From: Acidimicrobiales bacterium
Lineage (GTDB): Bacteria; Actinomycetota; Acidimicrobiia; Acidimicrobiales; VFJN01
NCBI GenBank assembly: GCA_046598715.1
Contig: JBKJIE010000093.1
Span: 16,964-80,963, forward strand
Reading direction: 5' to 3'
Length of the DNA: 64,000 nucleotides
Below the pieces are notes generated by a model. It searched no databases and was not told the DNA's origin. It saw nothing but the letters and a program-made list of their open reading frames with translations. Position 1 is the stretch's first letter; each line of letters opens with the position of its first letter. A program made the position numbers and the translations under genes. Positions 44,594 through 54,158 of the stretch are shown here, piece after piece.

Positions 44594-45778
44594 ATGTACA
44601 AGCGACACCGGATGGGCGCAGTGGCTCTGGCGCTGGTCCTCGCCGCGAGCGCGTGCGGCAGCGACAGCAAGGGTGCCAGCGGCACGACCACCACGGGCGC
44701 GCCCGTGCAGAAGGCGATCGGCAAGGGCGAGGGTGCGGTTTCGATCCTTGCGTGGCCGTACTACGCGGAGGACGGCACCCAAGACCCCAACTACGACTGG
44801 GTCTCGAAGTTCGAGACCGACACCGGCTGCACGGCGAGCGTGAAGTACTTCGCCACCTCCGATGAGGCCTTCAACCTGTTCGGCACCGGGAGCTACGACG
44901 TCGTGTCGGCCTCGGGTGACTCCTCGATGCGCAGCGTCGCCTCCGGCGATGCCACCGCCATCAACACCGACCTGCTCACCAGCTACGCCGATCTGGCGCC
45001 GTTCCTCAAAGAGCAGGCCTGGAACTCCATCGACGGCACCGTCTACGGCGTCCCGCACGGCTGGGGCGCCAACGTGCTGCAGTACAACACGGACGTCGTC
45101 AAGCCGGCGCCGGACAGCTGGGGCGCCGTGTTCGACCCCAAGTCGCCGTATGCGGGCAAGATCGCGGCCTACGACTCGCCCACCTACATCGCCGACGCCG
45201 CCGTGTACCTCATGTCGACGCAACCCGACCTCAAGATCACGAACCCGTATGCCCTCGACGACAAGCAGTTCAGGGCGGCGGTCGCCCTCCTCAAGGAGCA
45301 GAAGGGCCTGTTGTCGGAGTACTGGAGCGACTACGTCGCCTACGAGGACAACTACCGGGCGGGAAGCACGGTGATGGGCACCAGCTGGCAGGTCGTCGTG
45401 AACACGCTGCAGGGCGAGAAGCCGCCGGTGCCGGTCGCATCCGTGCTGCCCAAGGAGGGCTCCACAGCCTGGTCGGACAACTGGATGATCCAGAGCAAGG
45501 CCAAGCACCCGAACTGTGCCTACAAGTGGATCAACTACATCACCTCGCCCGAGGTGCAGGCGGAGGTGGCCACGACCTTCGGTGAGGCGCCCGCCAACCT
45601 GAAGGCCTGCACGACCATCGCCGACCACTGCAAGCAGTACCACGCCGACGATGCCGCCTACTACGACCAGCTGTACTACTGGACCACACCCACCAAGGCG
45701 TGCCTCGACGGCCGCACGAACGTGGAGTGCAAGGACTACAGCGAATGGGTGGCGGCCTGGACCGAGATCAAGGGCTGA
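44594..45778 (+). CDS. ABC transporter substrate-binding lipoprotein (PotD/PotF-like)
   Basis: AGGGGGA RBS. Lipobox LAASAC. Polyamine-type SBP length and sequence character. Confidence 0.85.
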   Translation: MYKRHRMGAVALALVLAASACGSDSKGASGTTTTGAPVQKAIGKGEGAVSILAWPYYAEDGTQDPNYDWVSKFETDTGCTASVKYFATSDEAFNLFGTGSYDVVSASGDSSMRSVASGDATAINTDLLTSYADLAPFLKEQAWNSIDGTVYGVPHGWGANVLQYNTDVVKPAPDSWGAVFDPKSPYAGKIAAYDSPTYIADAAVYLMSTQPDLKITNPYALDDKQFRAAVALLKEQKGLLSEYWSDYVAYEDNYRAGSTVMGTSWQVVVNTLQGEKPPVPVASVLPKEGSTAWSDNWMIQSKAKHPNCAYKWINYITSPEVQAEVATTFGEAPANLKACTTIADHCKQYHADDAAYYDQLYYWTTPTKACLDGRTNVECKDYSEWVAAWTEIKG

Positions 45779-46641
45779 GCATCACAGCCCGTCGGCGAGC
45801 GGCGCGCTTCGTCAGCAGCCACCGAGGTCTCCGCCTCGGTGGCCTGCTGGCGGGGCCGTTGCTCTGGCTGATCGTGGCCTACATCGGCGCGCTCGTGGCT
45901 CTGCTCGTCACCTCGCTGTTCCACAACGAGACGTTCGGGATCTCGACTCGGATGGTCACCGATCCGGCCCTCGACAACTACCGCTCCATCCTCCACACCC
46001 CCGTGTATCGGGACGTCGCCCAGCGCACGATCGGTGCGGCCGTCGCCGTGACCGCGATCGACCTCGCCATCGCGCTGCCGGTCGCGTTCTTCATGGCCAA
46101 GGTCGCGTCCTCGCGCTCGCGCCGACGTCTCGTCATCGCTGTCACCATGCCCCTGTGGGCCGGCTACCTCGTGAAGGGCTACGCCTGGCGGGCGATGCTC
46201 AACCCAGAGAGCGGGTTCATCCGGGAGGTGCTCGGATCGACCCCCGGCTACGGGGTCTGGGGGAGCATCGTCACCCTCTCCTACCTCTGGCTCCCGTACA
46301 TGGTGATCCCGATCTACGCCGGGCTCGACCGTCTCCCCAACTCCCTCCTCGAGGCGTCGACCGACCTCGGTGGCACGGCCGGCCGCACGTTCCGCTCGGT
46401 GGTGCTCCCGCTCCTGGTGCCATCGATCGTCGCGGGGTCGATCTTCACGTTCTCGCTCACACTCGGCGACTTCTACGTGAACCGGATCTTCGGCGGCACC
46501 ACGCAGTTCATCGGCAACAACATCTACAGCAACTTCGGTGTGAACCTGCCGCTGGCCGCGGCCTACGCAACGGTGCCCGTGCTGATCATGGCGGGATACC
46601 TCCTCGCCGCCCGTGCCGCCGGGGCACTGGAGGAGCTCTGA
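45745..46641 (+). CDS. ABC transporter permease (PotB-like)
   Basis: About 6 predicted TM segments with an EAA-type loop (LLEASTDLGGTAGRTFRSVVLP). The start is uncertain (ATG 45745 or 45700, overlapping the SBP gene). Confidence 0.8.
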   Translation: MGGGLDRDQGLSITARRRAARFVSSHRGLRLGGLLAGPLLWLIVAYIGALVALLVTSLFHNETFGISTRMVTDPALDNYRSILHTPVYRDVAQRTIGAAVAVTAIDLAIALPVAFFMAKVASSRSRRRLVIAVTMPLWAGYLVKGYAWRAMLNPESGFIREVLGSTPGYGVWGSIVTLSYLWLPYMVIPIYAGLDRLPNSLLEASTDLGGTAGRTFRSVVLPLLVPSIVAGSIFTFSLTLGDFYVNRIFGGTTQFIGNNIYSNFGVNLPLAAAYATVPVLIMAGYLLAARAAGALEEL

Positions 46642-47441
46642 TGTACCTCTCTCGCAGGGCCCGGACGGCGTTGCGCCTCTTCACTGCCTTCGTGGTCGTC
46701 GTCCTGTACTTCCCCTTGCTCTACGTCATGCGCCTCAGCGTGGCGACGTCGCGCGGGTTCACCTGGCCCCCGAGCGGTCTCACCCTCGCGCACTGGCATG
46801 CCGCCAGCCACGCCGGAGGCCCGCGCACGGCGCTGCTGCACTCGCTGACGATCGCCTCATGGGCGACGCTCGTAGCGCTCATCCTCGGCTCGCTGGCCGC
46901 CGCCGCCCTCACGCGCTTTCGATTCTTCGGTCGTGATGTCATCAGCCTGATGCTGGTGCTGCCTCTGGCGCTGCCCGGCATCGTCACGGGCATCGCGTTC
47001 AGCTCTGGGTTCGCCCGGCTGGGCGTCGACCTCTCACGGGCCACGCTCGTCACCGCGCATGCGACGTTCTGCATCGTGATCGTGTTCAACAACGTGTCGG
47101 CCCGCATGCGGCAGCTCTCGCCCAGCCTGGAAGAGGCCTCGGCCGACCTCGGCGCCGATCAGCTCCAGACGTTTCGCTACGTCCGCCTGCCGCTCCTCGC
47201 CAGCGCCCTGCTCGCGGGCGGCCTCCTCGCGTTCGCGCTCAGCTTCGACGAGATCATCGTCACGACGTTCACCGCCCAGGCCGGGTTCCAGACCCTTCCG
47301 CTGTGGATCTTCCAAAACATGTTCCGTGACACGAGCCTGCCGCTCGTCAACGTGACCGCCACGTTCGTCGTGCTCGCGATGATCCTTCCCGTCTACCTCG
47401 CCCAACGGCTCTCCGACGTCGCGTCCGGCGGTCGTACCTGA
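46641..47441 (+). CDS. ABC transporter permease (PotC-like)
   Basis: ATG 46641 overlaps the upstream TGA by 1 nt. EAA loop LEEASADLGADQLQTFRYVRLP. Confidence 0.85.
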   Translation: MYLSRRARTALRLFTAFVVVVLYFPLLYVMRLSVATSRGFTWPPSGLTLAHWHAASHAGGPRTALLHSLTIASWATLVALILGSLAAAALTRFRFFGRDVISLMLVLPLALPGIVTGIAFSSGFARLGVDLSRATLVTAHATFCIVIVFNNVSARMRQLSPSLEEASADLGADQLQTFRYVRLPLLASALLAGGLLAFALSFDEIIVTTFTAQAGFQTLPLWIFQNMFRDTSLPLVNVTATFVVLAMILPVYLAQRLSDVASGGRT

Positions 47442-47474
47442 GTTGCGCTGATCGGCCCCGGTAGCGTCCCCGCC

Positions 47475-47903
47475 ATGACGGAGGAGCTGTATGACCTCTC
47501 GGCTCGCTACGCCGCCGGTGCCGATCGTCGGGACGCGGCGCTGTTCGTGAGCGCCTTCCTCCCGGAGGGTCGATTGCGACGCTACGAGCCGGGCGAGGCG
47601 TCGGAGCCGGCCAGCGATCGATCGGGCCACGAGGCGCTCGCGGCGGTGCCGGGTCTGCTGGCGCGGTACGACCGAACGTTCCACCACCTCGGCCAGGCCC
47701 GCTATGCGGTCGATGGCGACGACGCAACCGGCGAGGTCTACTGCCTCGCCCACCACGTCACGGCGGGCGATCCCGCCGAGGTCCACGTGATACACATCCG
47801 CTACGCCGACCGCTACCGCCGCGTCGAGGGCCGGTGGGGGATCGCCGACCGGCGAGTGCTGGTCGACTGGTCGGAGCGCCGCCCGTTGAGCGATCCCACG
47901 TGA
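47475..47903 (+). CDS. SnoaL/NTF2-like family protein
   Basis: 142 aa with the SnoaL_4-type pattern (LSARYAAGADRRDAALF...HHLGQ...RYADRYRRVEGRWGIADR). Confidence 0.65.
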   Translation: MTEELYDLSARYAAGADRRDAALFVSAFLPEGRLRRYEPGEASEPASDRSGHEALAAVPGLLARYDRTFHHLGQARYAVDGDDATGEVYCLAHHVTAGDPAEVHVIHIRYADRYRRVEGRWGIADRRVLVDWSERRPLSDPT

Positions 47904-48820
47904 TCGGCGGAGCTCGGCGAGCGACCCTCACGCTCGGACTGCCAACGTTCGGCACGATCCAGGGCGGTGACTGGCGCCGTCTCCTCGATCTCGCCTGCAT
48001 CGCGGAGGACGCGGGCATCGACCGGGTGGTCGTCACCGACCATGTCGTGAACGGTCCGCACGTCGACGAGTACCCATGGGGCCGCTTCCCGATCGGTCCC
48101 GAGGGCGACTGGCTCGAGCCGCTCACGGTGCTGACCGCACTTGCCGCCGTCACCGATCGGGTGCGCCTGTCGACCGGGATCCTGATCGCACCGCTGCGAC
48201 CCGCCGCGCTCCTGGCCAAGATGGTGGCCACCCTCGACGTGCTCTCCAGTGGTCGAGTCGACCTCGGCGTCGGCACGGGATGGCAGCCGGCCGAGTTCGC
48301 GGCGCTCGGCGTCGACCACGCGGCCCGCGGCCGGATCCTGACGGACACGATCGGTGCCTGCCGCGCTCTTTGGCAGGACCTCCCCGCCACCTTCAGCTCC
48401 TCGACGGTCTCGTTCGCCGACACGTTCTGCGCGCCGCGACCCGTGCAGGAGCGCGTGCCGGTGTGGTTCTCGGGCACGCTCACCGAGCGCAACCTGCGGC
48501 GGATCGTCGACCTGGGCGATGGGTGGATCCCGATCATGGGGTCGACCGTCGACGACATCCGGGCCGGTGCGCGGCGGCTGCAGGAGGCGTTCGCCCACGC
48601 CGGACGCTCCACCGATTCGCTGCACGTGCAAGGCGCGCTCGGCCCCGTGCGCGATGACCGCGGTCGCCTGGATCTGCCGCCAACGGTGGCGCGGGGTTCG
48701 GCCCTGATCGACGCTGGCGCCACCGACCTCAGCGTGCACCTGAAGGCGATCGATCCAGATCTCGAAGATCCAGCGGCCGCGTGCGCCTCGCTCGTCGACG
48801 CGTTCGCCGCTGCCCCCTGA
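47900..48820 (+). CDS. Luciferase-like monooxygenase (LLM) class flavin/F420-dependent oxidoreductase
   Basis: GTG 47900 in a GTGA overlap. LLM-type sequence (AEDAGIDRVVVTDH, LLAKMVATLDVLSSGRVDLGVGTGW). Confidence 0.8.
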   Translation: MIGGARRATLTLGLPTFGTIQGGDWRRLLDLACIAEDAGIDRVVVTDHVVNGPHVDEYPWGRFPIGPEGDWLEPLTVLTALAAVTDRVRLSTGILIAPLRPAALLAKMVATLDVLSSGRVDLGVGTGWQPAEFAALGVDHAARGRILTDTIGACRALWQDLPATFSSSTVSFADTFCAPRPVQERVPVWFSGTLTERNLRRIVDLGDGWIPIMGSTVDDIRAGARRLQEAFAHAGRSTDSLHVQGALGPVRDDRGRLDLPPTVARGSALIDAGATDLSVHLKAIDPDLEDPAAACASLVDAFAAAP

Positions 48821-48854
48821 GCCGCGCCACCGAGCGGCGGCCGCCCCTCAGTGG

Positions 48855-49253
48855 TCAGATGGGGGCGATCGCCAGCGCAATCCGTCCGGTGAGCACGTTG
48901 TCGTCGGTCTGCCAATCGTGACTGGTCGCCACCGCGTCGAGGACGCGATCGGTCAGGGGGTCGAGCGTGAACCCGGCCTCGGGGTCGAGGTGGGCGCGGC
49001 CTCTGATCGTGAGCAGCGCGCTGCCGAGCTCGAAGGTGACCGTGATGGGACCTCCGTCGCTGGCCTGGATCAGCGTGGCCACGAGCTCGTCAGCCGCCAC
49101 CCTGACGCCTTCGACCGCGTCGATGCCGAGCGTGGTCAGCGAGGCGACCCCGCTGGCCACGAGGCGCACCACCCGCAGCAGCTCAGGGTCGGGGGGCATC
49201 ACGAGGTCGAAGCTCGTGAGGATCTCGGTCTGGGTGAGGGGTTGAATGGTCAT
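48855..49253 (-). CDS. Anti-sigma-factor-like protein with a degenerate HATPase_c_2 (RsbW/SpoIIAB-like) pattern
   Basis: 132 aa, with a 4-nt overlap with the upstream STAS gene. The segment AADELVATLIQAS sits where kinases have ExxxNAxxHA, so the N-box Asn and His are absent. The fold assignment is inference. Confidence 0.5.
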   Translation of the reverse strand: MTIQPLTQTEILTSFDLVMPPDPELLRVVRLVASGVASLTTLGIDAVEGVRVAADELVATLIQASDGGPITVTFELGSALLTIRGRAHLDPEAGFTLDPLTDRVLDAVATSHDWQTDDNVLTGRIALAIAPI

Positions 49254-49618
49254 CGTGATGGTGCGGAGGGTTCAGCGGGCAGCGGGAGCACCAGAAAGAA
49301 ATCGGCCTGTTCGTCGAGGCGGGTCATCGACAGCACCCTGGCGACCACCGCGGAGCGGGGCCCGATCTGCAGGGCGGCGCCCCGCTGGGCCAGCTGTCGG
49401 CCGGCGACGACGAGCGTTCGCAGGGCCGACGAGTCGATGAAGGTCACCCCTGAGAGATCAAGGGTGACGGCGTCGGCGCCGTTGCTCGCCGCCTCCGTGA
49501 CGCTGACGGACAGCGCTGGTGCGCTGGCGAGGTCGAGCTCACCACGCAGGTGGATGACGGGGCCCGCATCCGTGTGCTCCACCCGCAGGTCGAGGTCCTC
49601 TGGTGTCGGTGACGACAT
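49250..49618 (-). CDS. STAS-domain anti-sigma factor antagonist
   Basis: ATG at 49618-49616. LDLSGVTFIDSSALRTL carries the conserved phosphorylatable-Ser context. Confidence 0.8.
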   Translation of the reverse strand: MSSPTPEDLDLRVEHTDAGPVIHLRGELDLASAPALSVSVTEAASNGADAVTLDLSGVTFIDSSALRTLVVAGRQLAQRGAALQIGPRSAVVARVLSMTRLDEQADFFLVLPLPAEPSAPSR

Positions 49619-49704
49619 GGATGGTCTCCCGGAGGGTTCAGCCGGACCTCGTGGCGCGTGACGCGCCCGTGAGGCTACCCGGAGTTGTGTTGGGCTAAAC
49701 GACC

Positions 49705-50463
49705 TCATGGCTCCTCGTCGGGGTCGACGGTGTCCTGTAGCTGGTCACCGAGTCGGGCCAGCGTGGAGCGCAGGATCCGCGACACGTGCACCTGGCTCAC
49801 GCCGATCTCCTCGGCGATCTCGGCCTGGGTGAGCCCAAGGTAGAAGCGCAGGTAGACCACGCGCCGGTCCCGTTGCGGGAGGTCGTTGAGGGCCAGCTGC
49901 ACGTCGACGCGCTGCGATGTCGCATCGAGCTCGGCGTCGTCGACGCCCGGCACCGCGACCTCATCGGTCTCGGACCCGACCGGCCCTGCATCCAGGCTCG
50001 CGGCGCGGTAGCTGGCCCCGGCCTCCATCGCCTCGAGCACCTCTTCCACGGTCGTCTCGAGCGCGTCGGCCAGCTCCGTGACGCTCGGAGGGTGGCCCAG
50101 CTCGTGGGTCAAGAGCTCACTCGCCGTGCGCAGCTCGAGGTGCAGGTCCTTCAAGCGGCGGCTGACACGCATCGACCAGGTTCGGTCGCGGAAGTGGCGA
50201 CGCAGCTCACCGACGATGGTCGGCATGGCGAAGGTGGCGAACCGGAGGTTGAGCTCCGGGTCGAAGCGATCGACAGCCTTTACGAGCGCGAGGCTGGCCA
50301 CCTGCAGCAGATCGTCGGCCGACTCGCCTCGGCCGCCGAAGCGCCGAGCCCCGTGGCGCGCGATCCAAAGGTAGTCCTCGATCAGCCGGTCGCGCAGCGC
50401 GGGGTCGTCAGTAGCGCGCAGGGCCCGGAAGCGTTCCTGTTCGATCTCGCGGTCGTCGGCCAT
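49705..50463 (-). CDS. RNA polymerase sigma factor, SigB/SigF/SigG group
   Basis: Region 2 (DDLLQVASLALVKAVDRFDP, FATFAMPTIVGELRRHFRD), region 3, and the region 4.2 HTH (LTQAEIAEEIGVSQVHVSRIL). ATG at 50463-50461. Confidence 0.85.
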   Translation of the reverse strand: MADDREIEQERFRALRATDDPALRDRLIEDYLWIARHGARRFGGRGESADDLLQVASLALVKAVDRFDPELNLRFATFAMPTIVGELRRHFRDRTWSMRVSRRLKDLHLELRTASELLTHELGHPPSVTELADALETTVEEVLEAMEAGASYRAASLDAGPVGSETDEVAVPGVDDAELDATSQRVDVQLALNDLPQRDRRVVYLRFYLGLTQAEIAEEIGVSQVHVSRILRSTLARLGDQLQDTVDPDEEP

Positions 50464-50582
50464 GGCTGCTTCGGTCGGCAGTGAGACGGAGCAGGCAACT
50501 GCTCGGATCGCCAGCGTACCCACTGGCTCGAGATCCAAACCTACGTTGAGTCGCTCGGCTGGCCGCGCCCTACGCTCACACG

Positions 50583-51509
50583 ATGCCCTCCTGGACTGCC
50601 CGCGACATCCCTGACCTCACCGGCCGCACGATCGTTGTCACGGGCGCCAACAGCGGCCTCGGACTGCGGTCGTCAGAGGCCCTGGCCGCCAAGGGCGCCC
50701 AGGTGCTTATGGCGTGCCGGAACGCCTCGCGGGCCGCAGCCGCGCTGGAGAGGGTGAAGGCCCTCGCCACGGGGCCCGTCCCCGAAGTCGTGGCCCTCGA
50801 TCTGTCGTCGCTCGCCTCGGTGCGCGAGTGCGCCGCGGAGCTGGCCGAGCGCTTCACCCACATCGACGTGCTCCTCAACAACGCCGGGATCATGGCCGTG
50901 CCCAAGGCCGTGACCGTCGATGGGTTCGAGAGCCAGATCGGCACCAACCACCTCGGTCACTTCGCCTTCACCGGCCTGCTGCTCCCGACCCTTCTCGCCG
51001 CGCCGGAGCCGCGCGTGGTGACCGTGTCGTCGAATGCCCACAAGTTCGGCCGAATGCACCTCGATGACCTCGGCTTCGAACGCACCCACTACTCGCGCTG
51101 GCGCGCCTACGGGCAGTCGAAGCTGGCCAACCTGCTCTTCACGAGCGAGCTGCAGCGACGGGCGGTGGCCGCCCACACGGCGCTGACCGCCGCCGCGGCA
51201 CACCCGGGCTACGCGGCCACGAACCTCACGTCGGGGCCGGCCGTCGGCGCCGCCATCCTCAAGCCCTTCCTCGCGCTGGGCGACAAGATCGCCGGCCAAC
51301 CCGACCACATGGGCGCGCTGCCGCAGCTCTACGCGGCGACGATGCCCGACGTGATGGCCGACGACTACTGGGGGCCCGACTCGTTCCGAGAGCAGCGCGG
51401 CCACCCCACTCGGGTCGGTCGGACCAAGCAGGCCCAGGACACCGAGGCCGCCCGGACCCTGTGGGAGCGCAGCGAGGAGCTCACGGGCGTCACCTACCCC
51501 TGGCCCTGA
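50583..51509 (+). CDS. SDR family oxidoreductase (retinol dehydrogenase/WWOX-like subgroup)
   Basis: TGANSGLG, NNAG and YGQSK. Confidence 0.85.
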   Translation: MPSWTARDIPDLTGRTIVVTGANSGLGLRSSEALAAKGAQVLMACRNASRAAAALERVKALATGPVPEVVALDLSSLASVRECAAELAERFTHIDVLLNNAGIMAVPKAVTVDGFESQIGTNHLGHFAFTGLLLPTLLAAPEPRVVTVSSNAHKFGRMHLDDLGFERTHYSRWRAYGQSKLANLLFTSELQRRAVAAHTALTAAAAHPGYAATNLTSGPAVGAAILKPFLALGDKIAGQPDHMGALPQLYAATMPDVMADDYWGPDSFREQRGHPTRVGRTKQAQDTEAARTLWERSEELTGVTYPWP

Positions 51510-51526
51510 CCCAACCCCCCAACGGC

Positions 51527-51573
51527 TTCTGTGTGCGGGCAACCACGCAGTGCGTGGTTGCCCGCACACAGAA
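51527..51573. repeat. 47-bp perfect palindrome (23-bp arms) TTCTGTGTGCGGGCAACCACGCA-G-TGCGTGGTTGCCCGCACACAGAA; terminator-like hairpin and member of a repeated element
   Basis: Read directly. It lies 18 nt after the stop at 51509 and 28 nt before the ATG at 51601. It has no U-tract. Confidence 0.7.
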
Positions 51574-51600
51574 CCGAGTGAGGGGCCCTAGCCTCCGGGC

Positions 51601-52413
51601 ATGTCGCTGCCCACCCCTGCCCCTGACCGCACCTGCCTCGTCACCGGGGCGTCCTCCGGCATCGGCGTGGAGCTGGCCCGGCTCCTCGCCGCCCGAGGCC
51701 ACGGGGTCACCCTGGTGGCCCGACGGGAGGACCGGCTCAAGGTCCTCGCCGACGAGCTGGCCACCACCTACGGCGTGCGGGCCGAGGTCATCTCGGCCGA
51801 CCTCACCGACGAAGGAGCGCGCACCGCGATCGTCGACACGGTGGCCCAGCGTGGCCTCACCGTCGATGTGCTGGTGAACAACGCCGGACTGTCCACCACG
51901 GGTCCGGTCGCCACCAGCGACATCGCCGCCGAGCTGCGGATGATCCGCACTGACGTGGAGGCCGTGGTGCACCTGTGCAGCGCCTTCGTGCCGGGGATGG
52001 TCGAGCGCGGTCGAGGTGCCGTGCTGAACGTGGCATCGATGGCCGCGTTCCAGCCCCTGCCGGGCCAAGCGGGGTACGCGGGGTCGAAGTCGTTCGTGCT
52101 GTCCTACACGCGGGCCATGGCTCAGGAGCTGCGCGGCAAGGGTGTGGTGGCCACCGCGCTGTGCCCTGGGCCCGTCGAGACCGAGTTCGCGGAGGCGGCG
52201 GGGTTCGGCGAGCTGGAGGCGGGCGACTCGCTCCCCAAGATCATGTGGGTCTCTGCCCACGACGTCGCCAAGGCGGGCATCGAGGGCATGGAGCGCGGAC
52301 GTGATGTGGTCATCCCCGGCCGCGCCAACCGACTGATGGCGGGCGCGGCCCACCTCATCCCGCACCGGCTGCTGCTCCCGGTCCTCGCCAAGCAGCACCC
52401 CTCCCTCAAGTGA
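51601..52413 (+). CDS. SDR family oxidoreductase
   Basis: TGASSGIG, NNAG and YAGSK. Confidence 0.85.
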   Translation: MSLPTPAPDRTCLVTGASSGIGVELARLLAARGHGVTLVARREDRLKVLADELATTYGVRAEVISADLTDEGARTAIVDTVAQRGLTVDVLVNNAGLSTTGPVATSDIAAELRMIRTDVEAVVHLCSAFVPGMVERGRGAVLNVASMAAFQPLPGQAGYAGSKSFVLSYTRAMAQELRGKGVVATALCPGPVETEFAEAAGFGELEAGDSLPKIMWVSAHDVAKAGIEGMERGRDVVIPGRANRLMAGAAHLIPHRLLLPVLAKQHPSLK

Positions 52414-52418
52414 CACGG

Positions 52419-52467
52419 CTTCTGTGTGCCCGCAGCCACGACCCCCGTGGTTCGGTGCGCACAGAAG
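52419..52467. repeat. Second, imperfect copy of the palindromic element (CTTCTGTGTGCCCGCAGCCACG-ACCCC-CGTGGTTCGGTGCGCACAGAAG)
   Basis: It shares the ACGGCTTCTGTGTGC left end and the GCACACAGAA-type right end with 51527..51573. It lies between convergent genes. Confidence 0.55.
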
Positions 52468-52488
52468 GCGGGTCGGCTGGGGTGTCCC

Positions 52489-54087
52489 TCACGTGATGGC
52501 GAAGCCCCGGTAGCCGTCGGCCACGATGTCTTCGCACTGCTCCACGTAGGTAGGGAAGCCCGGCAACGGCATGAACACCCGTGTCTTGCCGGCCACGTTG
52601 GCGCCGAGGTACCAGGAGTTGCAGGTGGGGAACAGGGTGAACCCGGCCACGGTGTTCACGTAGTCGACCCACTGGTCCTGGGCCTCGGCCGTGGCCTCGA
52701 TGGTGGTGTGGTCGCTGGCGCGCAGGTCCTCGATGCAATCGCCGATCCACTCCACGTGCTGCTGGATCGACTCCATCATGTTCGTCAGCACCGACGGGCT
52801 TCCCGGCGCCGTGATGGCGAACAGGTTCGGGAACCCGGCCACGGCGAGACCGAGGTAGGTGCGCGGACCGGCGGCCCAGGCGTCGGCCAGGGCGAGGCCA
52901 TCGCGCCCTCGGATGTCGATGCGTGCCAGCGCGCCCGTCATGGCGTCGAACCCCGTTGCGTAGACGATCACGTCGAGCGTGTGGTCGGCGGTGGTGGTGC
53001 GGATGCCCGTTGGGGTGATGGCGTCGATCGGGGAGTCGCGAAGGTCCACGAGCGTCACGTTGGGACGGTTGAAGGTGGCCCAGTACCCGGTGTCCACGCA
53101 GAGGCGCTTGCACCCAACGACCTGGTCGGGAGCGAGCTTGGCCGCGACCTCCGGATCGTCCACCACCTCCCGCAGCTTTTCGAGGACGAACGCGCGCGCC
53201 GTGTCGTTGGCGGAAGCATCGAGGAGGAGGTCGTTGTAGGCACCGAGGAACCCGAGACCGCCAACCTCCCACCGGCGCTCGAACTCGGCCTGCCGCTCGT
53301 CCTCGGATGCGGCCAGCGCTGACACGTCGTTGCGGGCTTGCCGGGCCCCGAACGCGGACGACATCTGTCGGTTGGCTGCGCGGAGCCCGGCGTAGTCCGC
53401 CTTGATCTCCTTCTGCTCCACGGGGTCGAGCGGACGGTTCCACGCCGGCACGGCGTAGGTGGCGGTGCGCTGGAACACCGTGAGCTGAGCGGCCTGCTCG
53501 GCGATGATGGGGATCGACTGCACGGCCGACGAGCCAGTGCCGATCACACCCACCCGGAGCCCGGTGAAGTCCACGCCCTCATGGGGCCAGCGGCCCGTGT
53601 GGTAGCTGGGCCCCTCGAACGACGCCGCGCCGGCGATCTCGGGGATGTTGGCGGACGACAGGCAGCCGGTAGCCATCACGACGAACCTGGCCGTGATCGG
53701 CTCACCCGGATCCGTGTCGACCTGCCAGGTGCGTGAGGGCCCGTCGTAGGTGGCCGCGGTCACACGCGTGTCGAAGCGGATGTCCCGCCGCAGCTCGAAC
53801 CGATCCGCCACGTGGCTGGCATATCGGAGGATCTCGGGCTGGGGCGCGTACCGCTCGGTCCACTCCCACTCCTGCTGGAGCTCCTCGTCGAAGCCGTAGG
53901 AGTACTCCATGCTCTCCACGTCGCACCGCGCCCCGGGGTAGCGGTTCCAATACCAGGTGCCACCCACATCGCCGCCCGCCTCCACGACCCGGGCCGTGAG
54001 CCCGAGCTGACGGGCCTTGTGCAGCATGTACATGCCGGCGAAGCCAGCCCCCACGATCGCCACGTCTACATGCGGCCGTCGCTCCAT
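52489..54087 (-). CDS. Type I Baeyer-Villiger monooxygenase (cyclohexanone monooxygenase-like)
   Basis: GAGFAG, GGTWYWNRYPGARCD, the BVMO fingerprint FEGPSYHTGRWP, and GTGSSA. Confidence 0.9.
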   Translation of the reverse strand: MERRPHVDVAIVGAGFAGMYMLHKARQLGLTARVVEAGGDVGGTWYWNRYPGARCDVESMEYSYGFDEELQQEWEWTERYAPQPEILRYASHVADRFELRRDIRFDTRVTAATYDGPSRTWQVDTDPGEPITARFVVMATGCLSSANIPEIAGAASFEGPSYHTGRWPHEGVDFTGLRVGVIGTGSSAVQSIPIIAEQAAQLTVFQRTATYAVPAWNRPLDPVEQKEIKADYAGLRAANRQMSSAFGARQARNDVSALAASEDERQAEFERRWEVGGLGFLGAYNDLLLDASANDTARAFVLEKLREVVDDPEVAAKLAPDQVVGCKRLCVDTGYWATFNRPNVTLVDLRDSPIDAITPTGIRTTTADHTLDVIVYATGFDAMTGALARIDIRGRDGLALADAWAAGPRTYLGLAVAGFPNLFAITAPGSPSVLTNMMESIQQHVEWIGDCIEDLRASDHTTIEATAEAQDQWVDYVNTVAGFTLFPTCNSWYLGANVAGKTRVFMPLPGFPTYVEQCEDIVADGYRGFAIT

Positions 54088-54158
54088 CTGCAGCTCCCCC
54101 TCGCCTCGGTGGCACGACCGTATCGACCGCGCCGGAGGGAGCGCACACGCCCGCCGGG

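Noticed and set aside
51527-52467. Possible CRISPR-like or transposon-terminal repeats (two related palindromes ~890 bp apart)
   Set aside because: There are only two copies. They are self-complementary hairpins placed right after stop codons, with an ordinary SDR gene between them. There are no cas or transposase genes, and no short uniform spacers.
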